Assembly (NCBI GenBank): GCA_963663895.2
Contig: CAXXRD010000001.1
Span: 224,001-288,000, forward strand
DNA length: 64,000 nucleotides
Origin: Dehalococcoidia bacterium
GTDB taxonomy: Bacteria; Chloroflexota; Dehalococcoidia; Bin125
Direction: 5' to 3'
Of the stretch, positions 56,419-64,000 are shown in pieces. Position 1 is the stretch's first letter, and each line of letters opens with the position of its first letter. Below the pieces are notes generated by a model that was not told where the DNA came from, made no database searches, and saw nothing but the letters and a program-made list of their open reading frames with translations. Position numbers and translations under genes: made by a program.

Positions 56419-59022
56419 GTGGCCCGCATCACCATCAACAAGCAGCCCTTCGACGTGGAAGAGGGGCGCCCGCTCGTCGAAGTGATCAAGGAACAAGGCT
56501 TCTACATCTCCAACCTCTGCTATATCGACGGTCTGCCTCCGCACGCCGGCTGCCGTACCTGTGTCGTCGAGGTCGAGGGCGCCCGTGGCCTCCCCCTCGC
56601 CTGCAGCACCCCCGTCGCCGACGGTATGGCCGTCCGCACCGATACGCCAGCCGTTCTCGCCATGCGCCAAGAGGTCATGGCCATCATCCTCGCCAACCAC
56701 TCCGATCGCTGCCTCACCTGCCATCGCACCGAGCACTGCAAGACCGGCGAGATCTGTCTGCGCGACAACACCATCACGCACCGCTGCGTCACCTGCTCCA
56801 AGAACTACCGGTGCGAGCTCCAGACGGCCTCCGACATGGCCGCGATCGGTCGTGCCAACATCGAGCCCTACCTCGACGAGGCCCGTACGTTCTACCAGTA
56901 CGATCAGCCTCCCCCCGACACGCACAACCCCTTCCTCGAATTCGATCCCCAGATGTGCATCCTCTGCTCGCGCTGCGTGCGCGCCTGCGACGAACTCCGA
57001 CACACCACGGCTATCGCCCTGGCCGGACGCGGCTTCTCCACCCGTATCGCTTTCGGAGCCGGAGGCCGCATCGACGAGTCCAACTGCGACTTCTGTGGCG
57101 CCTGCATCGACGTTTGCCCCACCGCCACGCTCATGGAAGCCCCGAACAAGTGGATCGCCCGGCCCGACCGCTGGGTCGGCACCGCCTGCACCGAGTGCTC
57201 CATCGGCTGCACCATTCAGCTCGGCGTGCGCAACGGCCGGGGCGTCATCGTCCGCCCCGGACAAGGCAACGACGTGAGCCGGAACCAGATCTGCGTACGC
57301 GGCCGCTTCGGCTACGACCAGATCCGCGATAAGCACCGTCTCAAGACCGGACGGTTCGTCCGTGGCCCCGACGCCACGGACGCCCACCCGCAGGCCGTGA
57401 TCGAAGACGCCGCCGCCAAGCTCCACGCGATCGTCACACAGCACGGCCCCGAGGCGGTCGGCTTCCTCGGCTCCGGCGTCGCTACCAATGAGGACAACTA
57501 CCTTCTCCGCCGCCTCGCCGCTCTGATCGGCAGTCCTCACCTCGACTCGAGCGCCGGCTACATCGACGGGGCCGTGGCCCAACCACTCCGCACGGCCTTC
57601 GGCCACGAACGCCTTCCCGCTTCCCTCGCCGACATCGAGCATGCCGACGCGCTACTCGTCATCGCCGACGACCTCGAATCCAGTCACAACATCGCCGCGC
57701 TGCGTATCAAGGACGCCGTTGTCAACCGCGGCGCCAAGCTCGTCAGCATCGGCCCGCGCGCCTCGGAGATCGATGACTTCGCAGCGGTCGTCCTCCGCGC
57801 CCCGCGTGGAAACACGGCGGGCACCGCTTCGGCCCTGCTGCATGCCCTGCTTGCCGACGCTGCGATTCGCGCCGACCTCGGCGACATAGCCCCCGATCTC
57901 CCAACCACGACCGTTCCTTTCAACATCGCTGAGGCAGCAGGCATCCTCGCCGCCGGGCACGGCAACAGCCTCGCGGTCATCTGTGCGCCCTCGCGCTCCG
58001 ATCCCACCCAGGCCGCCGCCCAGGCCGCAGTCGCCACCAACCTTGCCATCGCCCTCAGAGGCGCCAAGGCCGCCGCCGCGGCCCTACACCTCTTACCCGC
58101 CGACGCCAACGCCGTGGGCCTGCGCGAGATGGGTGTTCATCCCGGCGACACCGGCCTCGGTATCGCGGGCATGTTGGACGCGGCCCGCGCGGGCACGCTC
58201 AAAGCCCTGGTCATCGCCAAGGACAATCCGATACTCACCCTTCCCCACCGTGCCCACACCAGCGCCGCGCTCGAAGCCCTCGACCTCTGCCTCGTCATTG
58301 ACGACATCCCGACCGACACCACCGCGCTCGCGACCCATCTCCTTCCAGATGTCTCGCCCTACGCTAAGGACGGCACCATCACCACCGCCGACCGCCAGCT
58401 GCTGCGTCAGCGTCAGGCGCTGACCGGGCAGGGCCACGCGGCTCCCGCCTGGACTCACCTCGCCGCCCTCGGGATGGCTCTCGCTAACGCCGCCCAGCGC
58501 CCCGCGGACGCTGCGTCTTTCAAGTACGACTCAGCCGCAGACGTCATGGCGGAGATCAGCCACACCGTCGCCGGTTACCAGAACACGGCCTACAGCGAAC
58601 TACTTCGCGGTCGCCGCCTTCCCGGTAAACCCGCGACCGCCAAAGGGCTGCTGCCTCTCGCCCAGCCGACGGCGACTACAGATGTCGACGCGGGCCTCGT
58701 ACTGATCACCAGCCGCGATCTCTACACGGACCGGGAAGCCGCCGCCCTGCGCCTTCCGGACGCCGACCGGCTCCACCGGAGCGAAGCCGTGGAAATCCAC
58801 CCGCGCGACGCAGCGGACCTCGGTCTCAGCGATGGACAAGCCGCTCGGATCGGATCCAACGGCACAACGCTCACGCTTCCCGCCAAAGTGACGGAGGATG
58901 TCCCAGAGGGAACCGTCCACATCGCCGCTCTCGTCGCCGGCGGAAGCGTGAACCAACTCCTCGACGGCAATGAGACCCGTGTCACGGTCCGGCCCGGCGA
59001 GGACGGCTCAGTCCAGCGGTAA
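56419..59022 (+). CDS. NuoG / formate dehydrogenase alpha-like Fe-S subunit
   Basis: 2Fe-2S (CRTC), H...CLTC, CILCSRCVRAC, CDFCGACIDVCP, CTECSIGC...ICVRG, molybdopterin-oxidoreductase scaffold. Confidence 0.88.
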   Translation: MARITINKQPFDVEEGRPLVEVIKEQGFYISNLCYIDGLPPHAGCRTCVVEVEGARGLPLACSTPVADGMAVRTDTPAVLAMRQEVMAIILANHSDRCLTCHRTEHCKTGEICLRDNTITHRCVTCSKNYRCELQTASDMAAIGRANIEPYLDEARTFYQYDQPPPDTHNPFLEFDPQMCILCSRCVRACDELRHTTAIALAGRGFSTRIAFGAGGRIDESNCDFCGACIDVCPTATLMEAPNKWIARPDRWVGTACTECSIGCTIQLGVRNGRGVIVRPGQGNDVSRNQICVRGRFGYDQIRDKHRLKTGRFVRGPDATDAHPQAVIEDAAAKLHAIVTQHGPEAVGFLGSGVATNEDNYLLRRLAALIGSPHLDSSAGYIDGAVAQPLRTAFGHERLPASLADIEHADALLVIADDLESSHNIAALRIKDAVVNRGAKLVSIGPRASEIDDFAAVVLRAPRGNTAGTASALLHALLADAAIRADLGDIAPDLPTTTVPFNIAEAAGILAAGHGNSLAVICAPSRSDPTQAAAQAAVATNLAIALRGAKAAAAALHLLPADANAVGLREMGVHPGDTGLGIAGMLDAARAGTLKALVIAKDNPILTLPHRAHTSAALEALDLCLVIDDIPTDTTALATHLLPDVSPYAKDGTITTADRQLLRQRQALTGQGHAAPAWTHLAALGMALANAAQRPADAASFKYDSAADVMAEISHTVAGYQNTAYSELLRGRRLPGKPATAKGLLPLAQPTATTDVDAGLVLITSRDLYTDREAAALRLPDADRLHRSEAVEIHPRDAADLGLSDGQAARIGSNGTTLTLPAKVTEDVPEGTVHIAALVAGGSVNQLLDGNETRVTVRPGEDGSVQR

Positions 59023-60115
59023 TACCGACCCAATCCCGAACGTCACTCCAGTCGCCGTCAGGCCGATCACGACCATCCGCGCCCCAGCGAACAACGCACT
59101 CCGTCCCGTCAACACCGACGACAAACCCCCTACCACCGCGAGCGCGAATGCGCCGCCCGCGACCGCCGCGATCAACGCCGAGTACCCTCCTCCGATGAGA
59201 AACGGCAGCAGCGGCACGATCGCCCCAAGCGCGAACGCCAAGAACGACCCGGCCGCCGCCGACCACGGCGAGGCCAGGTCGTCCGGATCCAGCCCCAGCT
59301 CCTCACGCGCCAGCGCATCCAACGCCCGCGCCGGATCCGCCATCAGTTCGTCGACCAAGCGAGCAGCGGTCTCCTCACTGATCCCCTTGCCGCGGTAGAT
59401 GTGCAACAGCTCTTGGCGCTCTTCCGCCGGGTCCAGCTCCAACTCCATCCGCTCCTTGGCCAGCAAATGCTCCAGCAGCTCTCGCTGGCTCCGCACCGAG
59501 ATGTACTCCCCCGCGCCCATGGAAAACGCCCCCGCCAGCAGGCCCGCCGTCCCCGCGATCAACACCGCATCTCCTTCCAGAGATGCACCGGCAACCCCGG
59601 CCACCAAGCTCAAGTTCGACACAAGCCCGTCATTGAGTCCGAACAACGCCGCGCGGAACACACTCGCCGCGTTGCTACTCGCGAAGCCGTGCTCCGCTTG
59701 CGCCAGTTGATCCGGGTCCAGCAAGGTGCGCAGCGCCGCCCGATGCGCGCGCTCCTCATCAACAAGAGCGGGCTGCTTCCGGATCGCCCTGGTACAAGCG
59801 GATATTCGCCAGCTCCTCCGTCCGCAGCCGCGGTAAGACGATCCCTAATCCACCCACCCGCGCCAGCAACACCAGCATCCGCGCGCGCAAACTCGGACCC
59901 GGGCGCCGCACCAACAGCGACTCGTCGCCGAGCAGTGCCGCCCAGTGCCGGGCATGCTCTACCTCCGACTCCGCTAACTCCTCCAACAGCGACACCGTCG
60001 CCTCGTGCCGCGCCGCGCGCGCCAATTGCTCGTAGATCCAGGCGCTCTCCAACTCCTCCGCAATCATCGCGCGGTACTGCTGCGCCCGAGCCGGTTCGAC
60101 GCGCCGATCACTCAC
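59008..60115 (-). CDS. Rubrerythrin-like + VIT1/CCC1 iron exporter (frameshift near 59770)
   Basis: E..SA.IY..LA...E..HA..W N-terminal domain; [20 protein letters not shown]. Confidence 0.85.
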
Positions 60116-60410
60116 CCGGCTAGGGATAGGGTCGTCCTGCCTGGCGCGCTTCCATTCGCCGTGCACTCCCCCGCAGTTGAGCGGCTGCACCACCACACTC
60201 ACCGTCACGTTCCCTTCACCGATCACAATCCCCAAAACGCCTCGGAACGCTGGCCCGTCCCGCGGACGCTCCACAGTGACGCGAACAAGCGCACCCGTAG
60301 CTGGCGTGACGCATGCGCGGTCGCACAGCACAACCTGTTATGCGATCCTGCAAGACACGATCGAGCAGCCAGCCACCAGGACGCGGCCGATCACCGAGCC
60401 GCGCAGCATA

Positions 60411-61296
60411 ATGACCGCACCTCTCCTCAAGCTTGGCCTGCCCAAGGGCTCCCTGGAAGAGGCGACCCATCGCCCTCTTCCAGCGCGCGGGCTTCGAGAT
60501 CGAAGTGCGCACACCGCTCCTATTTCCCCAGGATCGACGACCCCACACTCGAATGCGTCCTTTTCCGCGCCCAAGAGCTGGCCGCCTACACCGCGGACGG
60601 CATCGTCGATTGCGCCATCACCGGTCACGACTGGATCAAGGAGAGCGCCGCCGACGTCCACGAGGTCAGCGAATCTCCGGTACAGCAAAGCGACCTCCCA
60701 GCCCGCCCGCTGGGTCCTCGCCGTTCCCGTCGAGAGGTAACGTCCAGACGCCGGCCCAGCTCGCGGGCGGCATCGTCGCAACCGAACTCGTCAACGTGAC
60801 CCGTCAATACTTTGCGCAGCGCGGCATCGACGTTCGCGTCGAATTCAGCTGGGGTGCTACCGAAGTCAAGGCGCGTCTCCTGGACGCCATCGTCGAACTC
60901 ACCGAGACCGGCTCCAGCCTGCGCGCCAACAACCTCCGTGTCTTGGACGAGGTTCTCGTCAGCACCACACGCCTTATCGCCAACCATGCCGCTTGGAGCG
61001 ACCCCGCCAAGCGCCAAAAGATCGAAGCGCTTGACACCCTGCTGCAAGGCGCCATCACGGCGCGCGCCAAGGTCGGACTCAAGCTCAACGCCCCGCGCCG
61101 CTCCCTGGACGCCGTCATGGCGGTGATCGGCTCCTTCGGCGAGCACTCCCCGACCATCAGCCCCCTCACGGATGAGGACTGGGTCGCGCTGGAGGTCATC
61201 CTCGACGAGCGCATCGAGCGCGAGATGATCCCGGAACTCCTGCGCGCCGGCGCGAGTGGCCTCGTTTCCTATCCGCTCAACAAGGTCATCTCGTAG
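60411..61296 (+). CDS. hisG: ATP phosphoribosyltransferase, long form (about four +1 frameshifts as written)
   Basis: [42 protein letters not shown] spread over several frames. Confidence 0.88.
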
Positions 61297-61408
61297 TCGC
61301 CCGCTCCGCGAACCGCACAGCAGCACCCGCTCCATTGTCGGCCCCTGGTTCCCGCCGTAGGATTGCCTCCGCCAGACGACCCGGCTCAGCAGCAGAGTGG
61401 AGTGCCTT

Positions 61409-62842
61409 ATGCCCCTCAAGACGCGCCAAGAGTACGTCGCTTCATTACGGGACGGTCGCGAGGTCTGGTTCCGCGGCGCGCGCGTCGACGACGTCACCAC
61501 CCATCCCGTCATGCGCATCGCCACCGACCACGCCGCCATTGATTACCGCATGGCCGAGGATCCCGCCTACCGCGACCTCGCCATCATCCACGAGGACGGC
61601 CGCGAGTTCAGCCGCTTCTACAAGATCCCTCGTGATGCCGATGATCTGCTCAAGCGATCGCAGCTCATCGAAGCCGGTACCACCGAAGGCGATACGCTCG
61701 TGATCCTGATCAAGGAGATCGGCACCGACGCGATCTTCGCCCTGCTCGCCGTCACCGCCCTCCTGGACGGACCCTATGCCGAGCGCGTGCGCGCTTTTTA
61801 TGAATACTGTCGGGACAACGACCTCGCCGTGGCCGTCGCCCAGACGGACGTCAAGGGCGACCGCCGCAAGCGGCCCAGTGAGCAGGCCGACCCCGACCTC
61901 TACTTGCGCGTGATCGACCGTCGCGACGACGGCGTTGTCGTGCGTGGCGCCAAGGTGCACACCTCCGCCTCCACGCAAGCGCACGAGATCGTCGTTCTCC
62001 CTACCCGCGCCATGGGTGCAGGCGAGGAGGATTGGTCCATCGCCTTCGCGCTCCCCGTCAACACGCCCGGTCTCCGGCTGATCGCCAGTCCCTACGGCGA
62101 CGGCGACCACCGGCCCGGCGAGCGTCCCGTCGCCTCCCGCCACAAAATGATGGAAACCATCACCATCTTCGACGATGTCTTCATCCCCAACGATCGCATC
62201 TTCCTCAACGGCGAGCGTGAAGCCGCCGGCCAACTCGCTCTCACCTTCGTCGAGTACCATCGCTTCACGGCCGTCTCCTACAAGCTCCCCCTCCTGGATG
62301 CGCTCAACGGTGCCGCCGCCCTCATCGCCGACGCCAACGGCATCGTGGGTGCCGGGCACGTCCGCGACAAGTTCGTCGCGTTGATCTCCTACGCCGAGAC
62401 GGTCCGCGGCCTCACCCAGCTCGCCGCGCAGCGCTGCATCCCCAAACCCAACAACCAAGTCGCCCCGGATCCGATGACCGTCAACCTCGCCAAGAGTCAC
62501 TTTGCTCACGGCTACCACGAAGCCGTGCAACACGTGCAAGAGCTCGCCGGCGGCCTGCTCGTCACCGGTCCCGGCGATGAAGACTGGGCCAGCGAGGAAC
62601 TCCGTCCCTTCCTCAGCAAATACCTCGCCGGCCGCGAGGGCATCGGTGGCGAGCAGCGTCTCCGCATGATGAACTTCATCCGCGATCTCACCTCCTCCGA
62701 CTACGGCGCCTACCAGGAGGTCTTGGCCATTCACGCGGAAGGCTCCTTGGAAGCCGAAAAGCTCCAGATCTTCCGCGCCTATCAGGAGAACGGCACAGCC
62801 AAGCGCGTGATCGACCTCGCCAACCGCATGGCAGGCGTCTAG
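61409..62842 (+). CDS. 4-hydroxybutyryl-CoA dehydratase / HpaB-family flavoprotein
   Basis: EYVASLRDGR, AQTDVKGDR, VVRGAKVHT, FDDVFIP..RIF, H.EGS. Confidence 0.85.
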   Translation: MPLKTRQEYVASLRDGREVWFRGARVDDVTTHPVMRIATDHAAIDYRMAEDPAYRDLAIIHEDGREFSRFYKIPRDADDLLKRSQLIEAGTTEGDTLVILIKEIGTDAIFALLAVTALLDGPYAERVRAFYEYCRDNDLAVAVAQTDVKGDRRKRPSEQADPDLYLRVIDRRDDGVVVRGAKVHTSASTQAHEIVVLPTRAMGAGEEDWSIAFALPVNTPGLRLIASPYGDGDHRPGERPVASRHKMMETITIFDDVFIPNDRIFLNGEREAAGQLALTFVEYHRFTAVSYKLPLLDALNGAAALIADANGIVGAGHVRDKFVALISYAETVRGLTQLAAQRCIPKPNNQVAPDPMTVNLAKSHFAHGYHEAVQHVQELAGGLLVTGPGDEDWASEELRPFLSKYLAGREGIGGEQRLRMMNFIRDLTSSDYGAYQEVLAIHAEGSLEAEKLQIFRAYQENGTAKRVIDLANRMAGV

Positions 62843-63069
62843 CCTCATATCCCCGCGCATCCGAGGAGCACCAACTCGCCGACCGCAGTGAAGCGATCCC
62901 GCTACACCCAAGATCGAATCGGACCGAGATCGAGCATGGAGCGACGGCAGGATCAGACATGCCAGGCGCCCCCTCGCGCCATACTTGGCAGCGGCGCCCA
63001 TACCGCTAGACTCTAGGGCGCCGCGCGACGATGCGCGGCGACCACCCAAGACCGTCTGCTCGACAAGGA

Positions 63070-63726
63070 ATGCCCGTGCCCGACCTCTCGATCAGCGACC
63101 AAATCATCCTCCTCGCGCTCGGCGAAAACGGCGTGCTTCACCGCCCCAGCGATAGGCAGCTCGATTACGCCATCGCCGGGACCACACTCATCGACCTCGC
63201 CTTCCAAGACCGCATCGACACCGACTTGCAGCGCCTCTTCGTCATCGATCAGTCGCCAACCGGTGATCCGCTACTCGACACGGTGCTCAAAAACATCAGC
63301 GCTGGTCCGCCCGATCAGCCAACGTCGTACTGGATCTCGGAAATTGCCGGCTACGCGCCCGGCCTGCGCCAGCAATTGATCAATGACCTTCTCGCGCGCA
63401 ATCTGATCCGCAAGGATCGAGGCCGTCGGCTGCTGGTATTCAAATCGGAGCGCTATCCGCCGGTCGATCCGATGACCACACGCAATCTGCACCGCCGCCT
63501 GATAGACGTGCTGCTGAGTAGCGAAATCCCCGCGCCCGAGGAAGTCGCATTGGTGAGTCTCGCCAGCGCCTGTTCCCTCCTAGAGCTGCTGCTGCCAAGC
63601 GACAGCCTCAAGCGCATCGAGCCACGTATCGAGCAACTCGCCAAGATGGACCTCATCAGCCGCAACGTGAATCGCACCCTGGCCGAAATCCAGGCTGCCT
63701 ATGTGGTCGCCGCGCCATGGCTCTAA
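63070..63726 (+). CDS. GPP34 (GOLPH3/Vps74-like) family protein
   Basis: ILLLAL, AG..LIDL...RI, PTGDPLLD, L...NLI...RRLLVF...YP. Confidence 0.85.
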   Translation: MPVPDLSISDQIILLALGENGVLHRPSDRQLDYAIAGTTLIDLAFQDRIDTDLQRLFVIDQSPTGDPLLDTVLKNISAGPPDQPTSYWISEIAGYAPGLRQQLINDLLARNLIRKDRGRRLLVFKSERYPPVDPMTTRNLHRRLIDVLLSSEIPAPEEVALVSLASACSLLELLLPSDSLKRIEPRIEQLAKMDLISRNVNRTLAEIQAAYVVAAPWL

Positions 63727-63798
63727 CCCGTCCCGCGGACGCCCCGAGAGAAGCCAGCACGATCCCCGGTGGCGCACCGGCTTAAACAGTACAGGCGC

Positions 63799-64000
63799 AT
63801 GTCCGTACTACCGCTCTTCCCGCTCGATCAGGTCGTCTTCCCCGGACAAAGGCAAGCGCTCTATATCTTCGAGCCGCGCTACCGTCAGCTCGTCCAGGAA
63901 ACCAGGGAGAATGGCACACCCTTCGGCATCGCTCTCATCCGCGAAGGGCAGGAGGTTGGAGGCACCGCCACCACACACGACATCGGCTGTGCCGTGCAAT
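63799..64000 (+). CDS. LON substrate-binding-domain protein (partial, runs off the window)
   Basis: MSVLPLFPLDQVVFPG...IFEPRYRQLV...PFGIALIREG.EVGG. Confidence 0.85.
   Translation, partial: MSVLPLFPLDQVVFPGQRQALYIFEPRYRQLVQETRENGTPFGIALIREGQEVGGTATTHDIGCAVQ

Overview
GC-rich bacterial chromosome segment. Gene content (LPNTG-GG sorting signal, nuoB/nuoI/nuoG-like trio, FN3/cadherin giant adhesin, small coiled-coil proteins) suggests Chloroflexota, probably Dehalococcoidia-like and possibly host/sponge-associated; this is an inference. Housekeeping blocks (1-10 kb, 34.5-44.3 kb, 49.8-64 kb) flank two accessory regions. (i) An island at about 10.2-34.4 kb holds an IS1-like terminus with a proteasome-beta-like Ntn-hydrolase operon, a surface-protein operon, a 4-kb cluster of small ORFs interleaved with a repeated promoter+hairpin element and a pseudoknot-like leader, a ~2960-aa FN3/cadherin adhesin facing a MarR gene, and a broken Cre-like recombinase. 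(ii) A complete type II-C CRISPR-Cas9 locus has tracrRNA, cas9, cas1, cas2 and 12 repeats/11 spacers. Items missed by the ORF track: a UxxC ArsC/Spx-type selenoprotein with a SECIS-like hairpin (7435-7782), a tracrRNA whose anti-repeat is split by a 17-nt insert, and several candidate structured RNAs at 18.0-21.0 kb. Many single-base frameshifts (nuoI, VIT1, hisG, anti-sigma) look like consensus errors. No tRNA or rRNA was recognised.
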